A stretch of DNA of 64,000 nt from a candidate division FCPU426 bacterium (GCA_040756875.1 JBFLYH010000001.1:1516399-1580398); one strand, 5' to 3'; numbered from the stretch's first letter, positions 45,402-55,745 are shown. The notes: a model not told the origin generated them from the letters alone. A program made the numbers and translations.

Positions 45402-47441
45402 TCAGACGTAGGACACGCGCCCGCGCCGTCCCTTGCCCGCAGGCGGTTCATCACCGCCGTTTTGATCCTGGCCCGGAGCCGGCTCTTTGGCCGGCGGCGC
45501 GGGGGTGGCCGGTTCGGGCTTCGGGCTTTCTTTGGCGGCCGGTTCCTTGGCGGGCTGGTCCTTCGCAGCGGCTTTGGGCGCCGCTTGGGCCTCTTGGACT
45601 TGCTGGCGGATTTTTTCCTGCTCCGCCAGTTTTGCCTCCAGTTGCTGCTTTTTTACCTGCGCTTCCATATTGCCCGGTTCCATCTCCAAGATCTTCTGAT
45701 AAATTTTCAGGGCTTCATTCAGCAATCCTTGCTTGGTGTAAATTTCAGCCACAGTCACGGTCATAAACTCATCTTGATGGTCGCCGGCGATTTCATCGCC
45801 CCGCGCATTGCCCACGGTCTGCAGCCATTCGTCCTCTTTGGCCGTAGGTTTGGCGGCGGCGGTTTCCGGCGCGGTGGTGCGCTGGGCACGGACCTGGGCT
45901 TCGCGGATGGCGCGTTCGCGCGCCTCGCGCTGGACGCGCTGCTCGTCGGGTTCGCGTGTTCCCGCCGCAGGGGGCTGGGACTTTCTTGCCACGGCGGTTT
46001 CGGGGTTAAGGCCGGCGAACATGGCGTAAACGCGGGTCAAGGCCGTGCGGACTTTTTGGTTGTTGGGCTCCCGTTTGAGAATCTTCTGGTAAATCTCGAT
46101 CGCCTCGTCCAGCGCTCCCTGCTGGATATAGGTGTCAGCCATGTTCAGCATGACCGACATTTCGTCCGCTGCGGGTTGCGCCTTTGGCGCCGGCGGCGGC
46201 GTCTTTTCACGCGGCGGTGCAGATTCGACTTTGGCGCCGCCCTGCAACTCGCGCGCCTTGTTCCGCAGCTCCTGGGCTTCGTTCGTTTTGCCCTCGGCCT
46301 CTTTCAGGTCCGCGAGCGCCAGACAGGCTTCGGCCGCTTGTCCTTCCAGATCGGCATTGTAGGCGGCATCTGCGAGTTTCAGGTAAAGTTCCTGGTTATG
46401 CTGATCCAGCCGCACCGCTTCCAAGGCGCAGAAAGTCGCCAATTCCCAATCCTCGTTGGCGGCATAACTGTCCATGGCCTGGATATATTTTTCTTCCGCT
46501 TGGTTGGGCTGGTTCGTTTGCAGGGCAATGGCGGCGATGCGCTCCGAAGCATAGGCGTTGCGGGCGTCGATTTTAATCAGCCGCTCGTACAATTTCACCG
46601 CATCGTCCCACTGCTTCTGCTCGCCAAAAAGGGAGGCTAGCTGCGTCAGCCCGCTTTGATGGTTGACCTTGAACTTGAGGAGGGTTTCGAGTTCCTTGCG
46701 CGCCTCCTCGGTCTGCCGCGTCAGTAAATAAACCAAGCCAAGATAGTAATGCGCTTCGATGCTTTTGAGCTGAATGGCCTTTTGGGCGAACAATTGCCCC
46801 CGTTCCAGATTTCCCTGACGGATCAGTTGTTCGGCAACGTATAAAAACTCTTTCTTCGCATCCGAATCCGACCCTTCCTTGCTGTATATTTCCCCCAATG
46901 CGATATGGGCGGGCAAACAAGCGGCATCCAGGCTGGCAATCCTTTTGAATATCTCGCCGGCTTTCTTGAAAGCCTTGTTATTGAACAGGGCGTTCCCCAC
47001 CACCAGCAATTGCTCGGCCGCCTCTTTCCGACGGCCGTTTTGTTCCAGAAAATCTCCTAATTTTTGGTAATTTTCCAGATTCTTCGGGTCAGCGGCAATC
47101 GCGCCCTTCATTTTTTCGAGGGAAGCTTGAAAAGAATCGGACGCGGGCGCCGGGGATTCGCTTTCAGCGGCCATGTCTTCCACGCTGTCAGGGTCCAGGC
47201 GGATCATTTTCTTGCGAATGGTTTCCGCTTTCGCTTCCGATTCGTTCGGCAGCTTGAGCGACAGGCGGAAATAACGCAGAGCCTCGACCCATTGCCCCTG
47301 TCGGACAGCGATCTCTCCCAGCATATTTAAAACCGAAATATTTGCCGGTTCTTTTTCAAGAATCTGCTGATATTTGCTGGACGCCTGCTGCAATTGCCCT
47401 TCCTTGAACAATTTAAAGGCGTCCCAAGCCTGCTTGCTCAT
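45402..47441 (-). CDS. Tetratricopeptide-repeat protein (SgmX-like architecture)
   Basis: Multiple TPRs, TVTVAEIY..QG motif and C-terminal RRGRVSYV; followed by the ExeA-like gene. Confidence 0.75.
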   Translation of the reverse strand: MSKQAWDAFKLFKEGQLQQASSKYQQILEKEPANISVLNMLGEIAVRQGQWVEALRYFRLSLKLPNESEAKAETIRKKMIRLDPDSVEDMAAESESPAPASDSFQASLEKMKGAIAADPKNLENYQKLGDFLEQNGRRKEAAEQLLVVGNALFNNKAFKKAGEIFKRIASLDAACLPAHIALGEIYSKEGSDSDAKKEFLYVAEQLIRQGNLERGQLFAQKAIQLKSIEAHYYLGLVYLLTRQTEEARKELETLLKFKVNHQSGLTQLASLFGEQKQWDDAVKLYERLIKIDARNAYASERIAAIALQTNQPNQAEEKYIQAMDSYAANEDWELATFCALEAVRLDQHNQELYLKLADAAYNADLEGQAAEACLALADLKEAEGKTNEAQELRNKARELQGGAKVESAPPREKTPPPAPKAQPAADEMSVMLNMADTYIQQGALDEAIEIYQKILKREPNNQKVRTALTRVYAMFAGLNPETAVARKSQPPAAGTREPDEQRVQREARERAIREAQVRAQRTTAPETAAAKPTAKEDEWLQTVGNARGDEIAGDHQDEFMTVTVAEIYTKQGLLNEALKIYQKILEMEPGNMEAQVKKQQLEAKLAEQEKIRQQVQEAQAAPKAAAKDQPAKEPAAKESPKPEPATPAPPAKEPAPGQDQNGGDEPPAGKGRRGRVSYV

Positions 47442-47583
47442 GTGCCTTCTCCTGAAACTCAGACTAAATCCAATTATACTATCATCCGATTTTTTTTAAT
47501 GTCAAGGGTAAAACAGGAATGTGGATTTTTGACAAATAATCTGACTTAGTATTTAAATTCAGTATTCGGTCTCATGAATGAAA

Positions 47584-47612
47584 TTGACAAGGTCCGTGAA
47601 TTTGCTTAATAT
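47584..47612 (+). promoter_or_regulatory. sigma70 promoter of tRNA-Leu
   Basis: TTGACA-17 bp-TAATAT. Confidence 0.7.
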
Positions 47613-47627
47613 TTAAAGCGCCTTGTT

Positions 47628-47714
47628 GCCGGAGTGGTGAAACTGGTAGACGCAGTGGACTCAAAATCCACCGCCTTTCGGGGCATGTCGGTTCGATTCC
47701 GACCTCCGGCACCA
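47628..47714 (+). tRNA. tRNA-Leu(CAA)
   Basis: GCCGGAGTGGTGAAACTGGTAGACGCAGTGGACTCAAAATCCAC, long variable arm, GGTTCGATTCC...CCGGCACCA. Confidence 0.97.
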
Positions 47715-47820
47715 GCGCTACAGAAATCGCAGCGCTAAGCGGTTAGGCAGAAGAACCGTTAAACGACAGAAAACTCAACTGCTCAACCGATCAACCATTC
47801 AGCCTTATTCTTATTAAAAC

Positions 47821-47857
47821 AAAAAAAGGGGGCGGTTTCAAATCGCCCCCTTTTTTT
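47821..47857. terminator. Bidirectional intrinsic terminator
   Basis: A7-GGGGGCG...CGCCCCC-T7. Confidence 0.9.
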
Positions 47858-47868
47858 ATTAACCAAGT

Positions 47869-48747
47869 TTACGAAGCCCTTTTATCCACCACAAAATCGC
47901 TCTTTTTCATCTTTTGGGCGTATTGTTTCAACTCATTGGCAATGTCGTCTATTTGGGCATAGTGGGCCAAATTTCTTCGTTCATTGGTCACAACCGCGAC
48001 TGAAAGCGTCATAACCGGATATTTAAGAACCTCACCCTTCCGGTTGATATTGATAATGTATCCTTGCTTTCTGTCCTCTTTATCGTACTGTTGGGGGATC
48101 AGTTGGTCAAAATTCTCGATAAGCTTGGAACAGATTAATGGATATTTTTCCGGAGTGGTAATGATGACGAAATTATCTCCACCTAAGTGCCCAACGATAT
48201 CATTTGAATTGCCATGATCCCGGGTGACGTCAAAAATAATCAGCGCCGCAAATTTAAGCAATTTATCCCCGCGCTGATATCCATACCGCAGGTTGTAAGC
48301 ACGGAAATTGTCTAAATCAATATAGCATATAGCGGTTTTCGAATCCTCGGACAGCCGGCGGTCTATTTCCTGTTGAATGAAAAAATGGTCCGGAAGATTC
48401 GTCAGGGGGTGAACCCTGCCCGCTCCCTTTGAATCAGCATAGCCCTCGTCAATATCAGGACCCACATTGAACTGACTGACATCTTTGACTTTCTTCTTCA
48501 GCATTTCGTCCTGCAAGAAAGCTGACGAGGTCAGCAAATCGTTGATTCGCAAATTGTTATTTTCGAGAATTTCCTTCAGGGCGATGATTTTTTTTACCAT
48601 GGACTTGTTATACTTGCGGTGGCCAGAAGGAACACGGACTGGTGTGATGAGCCCCAAACTTTCCCAATATCGCAACGTGCGCTCTGAAAGTCCACTGAGT
48701 TTGGCTGTTGCGCCGATCCCGATCAGTTTTTCTTTCATTTTCGGCAC
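47869..48747 (-). CDS. MerR-type HTH fused to a GGDEF-like domain (GGDNF)
   Basis: IGATAKLSGLSERTLRYWESLGLI.P.R..SGHRKY; HPLTNLP, DLDNF..YN..YG...GD and GHLGGDNF. Confidence 0.85.
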   Translation of the reverse strand: MPKMKEKLIGIGATAKLSGLSERTLRYWESLGLITPVRVPSGHRKYNKSMVKKIIALKEILENNNLRINDLLTSSAFLQDEMLKKKVKDVSQFNVGPDIDEGYADSKGAGRVHPLTNLPDHFFIQQEIDRRLSEDSKTAICYIDLDNFRAYNLRYGYQRGDKLLKFAALIIFDVTRDHGNSNDIVGHLGGDNFVIITTPEKYPLICSKLIENFDQLIPQQYDKEDRKQGYIININRKGEVLKYPVMTLSVAVVTNERRNLAHYAQIDDIANELKQYAQKMKKSDFVVDKRAS

Positions 48748-48927
48748 CTGCTATTTTTTCATCCCTTCATTCAAGCCCCACAACAGTGGGGGATATCGAA
48801 GGGGGGGAGAAGGTTCATGGTATGTCTTTTAATTCCCTGCTTTAATGTGCAGGAAGTTTAACTTAATACTGATTAAAAATCTACAAATAATGTAAAAATA
48901 AAGTAACATGAATATTTATATGGTAGA

Positions 48928-48956
48928 ATTTTAACAGGATCGAATTTTTTTGTCAA
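48928..48956 (-). promoter_or_regulatory. sigma70 promoter of the MerR-GGDEF gene
   Basis: TTGACA-17 bp-TAAAAT with extended TG. Confidence 0.65.
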
Positions 48957-49024
48957 GTTTCTATTAATTGTTTTTGTAATTTATTTTTAGATATTAGGTT
49001 TTAGACTTTAAAAAGAAAGAAAAA

Positions 49025-50266
49025 CTAGGAGGAAATTAATTTAATCTTAACAAATTTCCTTTTTCCAACCTGTAAAACCATCCCATCTTCAATCAGAATA
49101 TTCTCAGAAACATTATCTATTCGTTTCTGATTAACCTGCACCGCTCCCTGTTGAACCATTCTTTGGGCTTCTGATTTACTTGCCACCAGACCCAAGGTAT
49201 GTAAAAGCGGAACGATCCATATCTGGCCGTCCTTTAGAGAACGCACAGGAAGATTTTTTTCAGGGATATCCTGGGGTAATTCGTTGTTTTTAAAAACCCG
49301 GTCAAACTGTTCCCCGGCTTCCTTGGCTGCCGCTTCCCCATGGTATTGCGTCACCAAAGAGGAAGCCAATCTGGCTTTCAAATCACGCGGGTGTATTTTG
49401 CCTGTTTCCCAGGCTTGCAGCCACTGTTGCAGGGTGGGAATATCCACATCGGTTAGAAGTTCGAAATACTTCATCATCAAGGCATCGGGAAGGCTCATCA
49501 CTTTTCCGTACATATCCCCGGGTGCATCCGTCAGCCCGATATAGTTGCCCAGGCTCTTGGACATTTTCTGCACGCCGTCCAAGCCCTCCAGGAGCGGCAT
49601 AGCGATGATGACCTCTGGTTCCTGACCGGCGGCTTGCTGCAAATCCCGCGCGACCAGGCAGTTGAAAATTTGGTCGGTCCCGCACAATTCGACATCGGAC
49701 TTCAATACCACCGAATCATATCCCTGAATCAAGGGGTATAAAAGTTCATGCAACCCGATGGGACGGCCGTCCCGGTAGCGCAACTGGAAGTCGTCCCGCT
49801 CCAGAATGCGCGCGACCGTATACTGGGAAGCCAGACGGATGACATCGGAGAATCCCATGGGTTGGCACCAGGTGCTGTTGAAGACCACTTCGGTTTTTTC
49901 CGGCAACAGGATTTTAAATACCTGCTCTTGATAAGTCCGGGCGTTGGCTTGGATCTGTTCCGGCGTCAGCGGCGGACGCGTGACCGACCGGCCGGTGGGA
50001 TCGCCGATCATGCCGGTAAAATCGCCGATGAGAAATTGGACCGTATGCCCCAGATTTTGGAACTGCCGCAATTTGCGCAAAACCACGGTATGGCCCAGGT
50101 GCAGGTCCGGTGCGGACGGATCAGCGCCATACTTGACCCGCAGGGGTACGCCCCGCTGGAGCTTGGCCAGCAACGCTTCCTCGCCGATGACCTCGGCGGT
50201 TCCCTGGCGCAACTGACTGATAATCTGGCTGTGGCTCACATTATCCTCATTGGTCAAAGGATCCAT
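49025..50266 (-). CDS. tyrS: Tyrosine--tRNA ligase
   Basis: [23 protein letters not shown] and a C-terminal S4 domain. Confidence 0.97.
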   Translation of the reverse strand: MDPLTNEDNVSHSQIISQLRQGTAEVIGEEALLAKLQRGVPLRVKYGADPSAPDLHLGHTVVLRKLRQFQNLGHTVQFLIGDFTGMIGDPTGRSVTRPPLTPEQIQANARTYQEQVFKILLPEKTEVVFNSTWCQPMGFSDVIRLASQYTVARILERDDFQLRYRDGRPIGLHELLYPLIQGYDSVVLKSDVELCGTDQIFNCLVARDLQQAAGQEPEVIIAMPLLEGLDGVQKMSKSLGNYIGLTDAPGDMYGKVMSLPDALMMKYFELLTDVDIPTLQQWLQAWETGKIHPRDLKARLASSLVTQYHGEAAAKEAGEQFDRVFKNNELPQDIPEKNLPVRSLKDGQIWIVPLLHTLGLVASKSEAQRMVQQGAVQVNQKRIDNVSENILIEDGMVLQVGKRKFVKIKLISS

Positions 50267-50454
50267 CCCGGCCCTGTTCGTTTCGGGGAAACGTATGCTA
50301 GCATCGTCCCGCTGCGCTTGGCAACGGGAAAATTTCCCCGGCGCGCCGCCTAAGGCCTTTGGGCTTGGAACCGGTTTATGGTAAAATGTGCGGCGTCGAA
50401 TCCCCGCAGCCTGATCCGGGGTCCAATTTCAAGCTCATTGCCGCAGGAGTCATA

Positions 50455-52677
50455 GTGACCATCCCTTCAACCCACCCTGATCCACTCCGGCCTTCTCCCT
50501 TCTGGACGTTGCGCCGCGCCATTTGGCTGGTCTTGTGGTCCGGCATGGCGGCGGTCTGCGGAATCGGATTGGCCGTTTATCTAACCTTCCTCGGCGAAAT
50601 CCCGCTGGTTTCCGATCTTAAAGCCTACCAGCCCTCTCTATCCACGAAAATCTACGACTGTAAAAACCAGCTGATCACCGAATTGTTTTCAGAACAGCGG
50701 ACCTTGATCCGCCTGGACGAAGTTCCGGAACGCCTGCAGCAAGCAATCATCGCCATCGAGGACAACAACTTTTATCAACACTTCGGCATTCAGTTTTCGG
50801 GTATTTTACGCTCCTTTATGGTCAATTTTTTACACAAGGAATACAAACAGGGTGGGTCTACGATCACCCAGCAACTGGCGCGTAATATGTTCCTGACACG
50901 CGAAAAAACCATCGAGCGAAAATTGAAGGAAATCATCCTCGCCCTCCAAATCGAACGAACCTATCAAAAGCGGGACATCCTGGAAATGTATCTCAATCAG
51001 ATTTATTTCGGGAACGGCGCCCATGGCATTGAATCCGCCGCCCGCACTTATTTTGGCAAACACGCCAAGGATCTCAACCTCCCGGAATGCGCCCTCCTGG
51101 CCGGGCTGCCCCGGTCGCCCAACACTTACAATCCCTACCGGAACCTGGAACGCTCCCAACAGCGGAGAAACCTGGTTTTATCCCAGATGGAACGGCTGGG
51201 ATTCATCACGGCCCAGGAAGCGGCGGAAGCCAAAGCCTCTTCCATTCAGTTGACTTCCGACCAGGTTTCCGAAGCGCCTTATTTCGTGGAATACGTGCGC
51301 CGCCAATTGGAGGAACGTTACGGCAGCACCGCGATTTACCAGTCCGGCCTGCGGGTTTACACCTCCCTGGATTTGGACTTGCAGCGCCAGGCCCAGGAAA
51401 CCATGGATGAAGGCATGGCCGAAGTGGACAAATTACTGGCGGGAAAAATCGACACCCTGCCCGGCCAACAGCCGGAGGTGATCCAAGGGGCGCTGGTGCT
51501 GATTGATTATGCTTCCGGCGAAATCAGGGCCATGATCGGCGGACGGGATTTCGCCGCCAGCAAGTTCAACCGCGCCTATCAGGCCCAGCGGCAACCGGGC
51601 TCGGCTTTCAAGCCGTTCATATACGCCACCGCTTTTTCCCACGGGTTCACCCAGGCGGATGTCATTTTGGATACGCCCGTGGTTTTCCGCGACGAACGCG
51701 GCGCGGTCTGGAAACCAGAGAACTTCAGCAATACCTTCCGGGGCCCCACCACCCTTCGGTCCGCCCTTACCCACTCCCGGAATGTGGTCACGGTCAAGCT
51801 TCTGGACAAAGTGGGGGTTAAGAATGTGATCAACACCGCGCGGCAATTGGGGATCGAAAGCCCTCTGCGGCCGTTCTTGACTCTGGCGCTCGGCGCGTCG
51901 GAAGTCAACCTGCTGGAACTGGTTTCAGCCTTCGGGACCTTTCCCAACGGCGGTGTCCACGTCAATCCGGTCAGCATTTTGCGGGTGGAGAGCAATGCCG
52001 GGGAAGTCCTGGAGGAAAACACGCCTTTTCAGACCGAAGCGCTGCCAGCCACGGCCGCCGCCATCATGACCGATCTGCTCGAAAATGTCGTGAACCGGGG
52101 CACCGGCTTCTCCGCCCGTCGCCTGGGATTCACCCTGCCCGCGGGCGGAAAAACCGGCACTACCAACGATTATTCGGATGCATGGTTTCTGGGATTCACG
52201 GGCGATTATGTGGCCGGAGTCTGGGTGGGTCTGGATTCACACCGCAGCTTGGGCAAGGGCGTCACCGGTGGATTCATCGCGTGTCCGCTCTGGACCAAGC
52301 TCATGCTGCGCATCTATGCCAACCGCATTCCGAAAAAATTCACCCTGCCTTCCACCGTGGAGAAAGTCAACTTTTGCAACGTCTCGGGGCTTCTGCCCAA
52401 TCCCGCCTGCAATCAGCACGTCGTCCAGGGGGTTTTCACGATCGGGACCGCCCCCACCCAGCCCTGCGACATCCATACGGGCTCCGATGCCTTTGGCACC
52501 CAAGCTTCGTATCATCTGAATGTATCGCCGGATCTGGTGGATTTTGCCGGCAATACACCGGTTTCCGGCTCACTGGACGACGAGGCGCCACCCGAACACC
52601 CCGGCCCGCAACCCGAGCCGGCTTTGCCCAACCGGCCAGCCGCACCGCCAGCCTCAGACCGGCCGCCGGTGTTCTAA
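50455..52677 (+). CDS. Class A penicillin-binding protein (PBP1A)
   Basis: EDNNFYQH, GGSTITQQL, RKLKE, SAFK, SRN and KTGT motifs; GCAGGAG RBS before GTG 50455. Confidence 0.95.
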   Translation: MTIPSTHPDPLRPSPFWTLRRAIWLVLWSGMAAVCGIGLAVYLTFLGEIPLVSDLKAYQPSLSTKIYDCKNQLITELFSEQRTLIRLDEVPERLQQAIIAIEDNNFYQHFGIQFSGILRSFMVNFLHKEYKQGGSTITQQLARNMFLTREKTIERKLKEIILALQIERTYQKRDILEMYLNQIYFGNGAHGIESAARTYFGKHAKDLNLPECALLAGLPRSPNTYNPYRNLERSQQRRNLVLSQMERLGFITAQEAAEAKASSIQLTSDQVSEAPYFVEYVRRQLEERYGSTAIYQSGLRVYTSLDLDLQRQAQETMDEGMAEVDKLLAGKIDTLPGQQPEVIQGALVLIDYASGEIRAMIGGRDFAASKFNRAYQAQRQPGSAFKPFIYATAFSHGFTQADVILDTPVVFRDERGAVWKPENFSNTFRGPTTLRSALTHSRNVVTVKLLDKVGVKNVINTARQLGIESPLRPFLTLALGASEVNLLELVSAFGTFPNGGVHVNPVSILRVESNAGEVLEENTPFQTEALPATAAAIMTDLLENVVNRGTGFSARRLGFTLPAGGKTGTTNDYSDAWFLGFTGDYVAGVWVGLDSHRSLGKGVTGGFIACPLWTKLMLRIYANRIPKKFTLPSTVEKVNFCNVSGLLPNPACNQHVVQGVFTIGTAPTQPCDIHTGSDAFGTQASYHLNVSPDLVDFAGNTPVSGSLDDEAPPEHPGPQPEPALPNRPAAPPASDRPPVF

Positions 52678-52690
52678 CCCTCCGGTCAGT

Positions 52691-52729
52691 AAAAAAAAGC
52701 CCTGCACCTATCCGGTGCAGGGCTTTTTT
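52691..52729. terminator. Bidirectional intrinsic terminator
   Basis: A8-GCCCTGCACC-TATCC-GGTGCAGGGC-T6. Confidence 0.9.
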
Positions 52730-52740
52730 ATTTGTTCTGA

Positions 52741-55488
52741 CTACTTTTTGCGTCCCTTGCCTTTGCTCTTGCCTTTGGCTGCCTTGGCTTTGCCTTTGGC
52801 CGCTTTCCGCGGAAACGCCAAGGCCGCCTGGGCAGCTGCCAGCCGGGCGATCGGCACGCGGTAGGGAGAGCAGGAAACATAGTTCAATCCCAACTGGTGG
52901 CAGAACACCACCGAGGCCGGGTCCCCGCCGTGTTCGCCGCAGATGCCCAGTTTGATGTCAGGACGCGTATCGCGGCCTTTGGCCACCGCGATCTTCATCA
53001 ACTGGCCCACGCCGACCGTATCCAGGGTCTGGAAAGGATCCTTCTCCAGGATCTTCCCTTCCTCATAGACCTTGATGAACTTGCCCGCGTCGTCGCGCGA
53101 GAAGCCCAGCGTGGTCTGGGTCAGATCGTTGGTGCCGAAGGAGAAGAATTCGGCCTCCTGCGCTACCTCGTCCGCCGTGACCGCCGCCCGGGGCAGTTCG
53201 ATCATGGTGCCGATGAGGTACTGGAATTTCACTTTTCTCTCGGCCATGACCTCGGCCAAGACCTTCACGGCCACGTCTTTCTGATGCTTGAGCTCCTTGA
53301 CGTTGCCCACCAGGGGGATCATGATCTCGGGAATGACTTTGTTGCCCGAGGCATGGCATTCGGCCGTCGCTTCGCCAATGGCTCTCACCTGCATTTCCGT
53401 GATTTCCGGATAGGTGATGCCCAGGCGGCAGCCGCGCAGACCCAGCATGGGGTTGAGCTCGTGCAGCTCCTGGACGCGGGCTAGCAGCTTTTTCTTTTCC
53501 GCCATTTCCGGCGCGTTGGGATTGGTGACTTCAAGCTTGGCGATTTCCACCATCAGCTCTTCGCGTTTGGGCAGGAATTCGTGCAAAGGCGGATCCAGCA
53601 GACGGATGGTGACCGGAAAGCCCTTCATGCTGTCGAAGAGGCCTTTGAAATCCGACCGTTGCATGGGCAGCAGCTTGGCCAGCGCCTCGCGCCGGCCGTC
53701 CTCGTCCGTGGCCAGAATCATGGCCTGCATGTGCGGCAACCGGTCCTCGGCGAAGAACATATGCTCGGTGCGGCACAGCCCGATGCCTTCGGCGCCGTAC
53801 TCTCTGGCTTTCTGGGCGTCGCGCGGAATGTCCGCGTTGGCCCGCACGCCGATCTGGCGGTACTGCTCCACCCAGCCCATGAAGGTGGCGAAATCGCCGG
53901 ACATTTCAGGGTCCTTGGTGGGCACCTTGCCGGCCAACACCCTGCCCGTGCCTCCGTCTAGGGTGATCCAGTCACCCTCCTTGAACACCTGGCCTTCGAT
54001 CTCGAAGGATTTTCCATCTTCGCGAATCCGTATGTCCTCGCAGCCGGCCACGCAGCACTTGCCCATGCCGCGGGCGACCACCGCCGCGTGGCTGGTCATG
54101 CCGCCCCGGGCGGTCAGAATGCCCTGGGAAACCTCCATGCCATGGATGTCATCCGGGCAGGTTTCCTCCCGGACCAGAATGACATCCTCGTCCATTTCCT
54201 CGGCCCAACGCACCGCGTCCTCGGCCGTGAACACCACTTTTCCGGCGGCCGCGCCCGGCGAAGCCGGCAGGCCCTTGGCCAACACCTTGACCTCGGCTTT
54301 GGAATCAATGATGGGATGCAGCAACTGGTCGAGCTGCGCCGGCTGCACGCGCTTGATCGCCTCTTCCTTGCTGATCAGGCCTTCCTTGACAAACTCTACC
54401 GCGATCCGGATGGCCGCCTGAGCCGTGCGCTTGCCATTTCGGGTTTGCAGCATAAAAAGCCTGCCTTTTTCGATGGTGAACTCAAAATCCTGCACGTCCC
54501 GGTAGTGCTTCTCCAGCCGCTTGGTGATGCCGTGCAGCTGTTTGAACACCGCGGGCATTTCCTGCTCCAGCTTGGAAATGGGCTGGGGCGTGCGCACGCC
54601 GGCCACGACATCCTCACCCTGGGCGTTGGTCAGGTATTCGCCGTAGAACATGTTCTCGCCGGTCGAAGGGTTGCGGGTGAAGCCCACGCCTGTGCCGGAA
54701 TCATTGCCCATGTTGCCGAAGACCATGGCCTGCACGTTGACCGCCGTGCCCAGATTGTCCGGAATGTCGTTCATCTTGCGGTAGTAGATGGCGCGGTCGT
54801 TGTTCCAGGAGCGGAACACCGCGTCCCGGGCCATGGTCAGTTGGGTCCAGGGGTCCTGGGGAAAGTCCTGTTTCGCGTGCTGGCGGGTGATTTCCTTGAA
54901 GCGGTTGACCAGGTCCTTGAGGTCGTCGGCTTTAAGTTCAGTGTCGAGCTTGGCGCCGACCTGGGCTTTTTTCGCTGACAGCGCTTTTTCGTACACTTCC
55001 TTTTCAATCTCCAGGACCACGTTGCCGAACATGGCGATGAAACGGCGGTAGCTGTCATAGGCAAAGCGCTCGTTGCCCGTGCTTTTGGCCAGGCCCTGGA
55101 CCGTTACGTCGTTCAGGCCAAGGTTGAGGATGGTGTCCATCATGCCGGGCATGGAAAATTTCGCGCCCGAACGCACGGAAACCAACAGCGGATTTTTCGG
55201 GTCCCCGAAGGACTTGGCCATGGCTTTTTCCAGCTTGGCCAGGTTCACCTTGATCTCCGGATCCAGGCTGGCAGGAACCTTTCTGCTGTTCGCGTAGTAC
55301 AGATTGCAGGTTTCGGTAGTGATGGTGAATCCCGCGGGCACCGGCACTCCGGAGTTGGTCATTTCCGCCAGACCGGCTCCCTTCCCACCCAGCAATTCCT
55401 TCTGTGTGCCGTTGCCTTCCGCCTTCCCATTGCCGAAAAAGTACACAAATTTTTTCTTGCCCGCCGCTTTTTTCGTTGCTTTTGCCAT
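52741..55488 (-). CDS. ppdK: Pyruvate, phosphate dikinase
   Basis: LLGGKGAGL, SVRSGA, GGMTSHAAVVAR, GLCRTEHMF and GICGEHGG motifs. Confidence 0.98.
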   Translation of the reverse strand: MAKATKKAAGKKKFVYFFGNGKAEGNGTQKELLGGKGAGLAEMTNSGVPVPAGFTITTETCNLYYANSRKVPASLDPEIKVNLAKLEKAMAKSFGDPKNPLLVSVRSGAKFSMPGMMDTILNLGLNDVTVQGLAKSTGNERFAYDSYRRFIAMFGNVVLEIEKEVYEKALSAKKAQVGAKLDTELKADDLKDLVNRFKEITRQHAKQDFPQDPWTQLTMARDAVFRSWNNDRAIYYRKMNDIPDNLGTAVNVQAMVFGNMGNDSGTGVGFTRNPSTGENMFYGEYLTNAQGEDVVAGVRTPQPISKLEQEMPAVFKQLHGITKRLEKHYRDVQDFEFTIEKGRLFMLQTRNGKRTAQAAIRIAVEFVKEGLISKEEAIKRVQPAQLDQLLHPIIDSKAEVKVLAKGLPASPGAAAGKVVFTAEDAVRWAEEMDEDVILVREETCPDDIHGMEVSQGILTARGGMTSHAAVVARGMGKCCVAGCEDIRIREDGKSFEIEGQVFKEGDWITLDGGTGRVLAGKVPTKDPEMSGDFATFMGWVEQYRQIGVRANADIPRDAQKAREYGAEGIGLCRTEHMFFAEDRLPHMQAMILATDEDGRREALAKLLPMQRSDFKGLFDSMKGFPVTIRLLDPPLHEFLPKREELMVEIAKLEVTNPNAPEMAEKKKLLARVQELHELNPMLGLRGCRLGITYPEITEMQVRAIGEATAECHASGNKVIPEIMIPLVGNVKELKHQKDVAVKVLAEVMAERKVKFQYLIGTMIELPRAAVTADEVAQEAEFFSFGTNDLTQTTLGFSRDDAGKFIKVYEEGKILEKDPFQTLDTVGVGQLMKIAVAKGRDTRPDIKLGICGEHGGDPASVVFCHQLGLNYVSCSPYRVPIARLAAAQAALAFPRKAAKGKAKAAKGKSKGKGRKK

Positions 55489-55691
55489 CCTCAGCCTACC
55501 CCTTCCTTGAATTTAGTATGTCGTGAAACCCAGGCCCCCATGGTTCCTGGTTTCACGGAAAAGTCCCTTCGTTTTAGGTTCCATCATCTAACAAATCCGC
55601 CCGGAATTCCCACCATGGTTTCAATACTAGCGGATAAAAACCTTGGATCGGAATTTAATCTGGTGCAGGATGGGAAACGTAAATTCGCGGG

Positions 55692-55721
55692 ATTGTAACA
55701 CACCCGCCCGGCTGTTCGCAA
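55692..55721 (-). promoter_or_regulatory. Probable ppdK promoter
   Basis: TTGCGA-18 bp-TACAAT with extended TG. Confidence 0.55.
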
Positions 55722-55745
55722 GTTATTTCCCGGTTAAAAAACCGC

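Noticed and set aside
47628-47870. Integrative element at tRNA-Leu, -Gly or -Cys
   Set aside because: No integrase and no duplicated tRNA 3' end found in the window.
48771-48818. 15-aa uORF MNLLPPFDIPHCCGA ahead of the MerR-GGDEF gene
   Set aside because: Weak RBS and no attenuator structure; compatible with chance.
48856-48883. dif-like site (TTAAGTTAAAC arm) or replication origin in the AT-rich region
   Set aside because: Poor XerC arm, no DnaA-box cluster, and no switch in gene-strand bias across the site.
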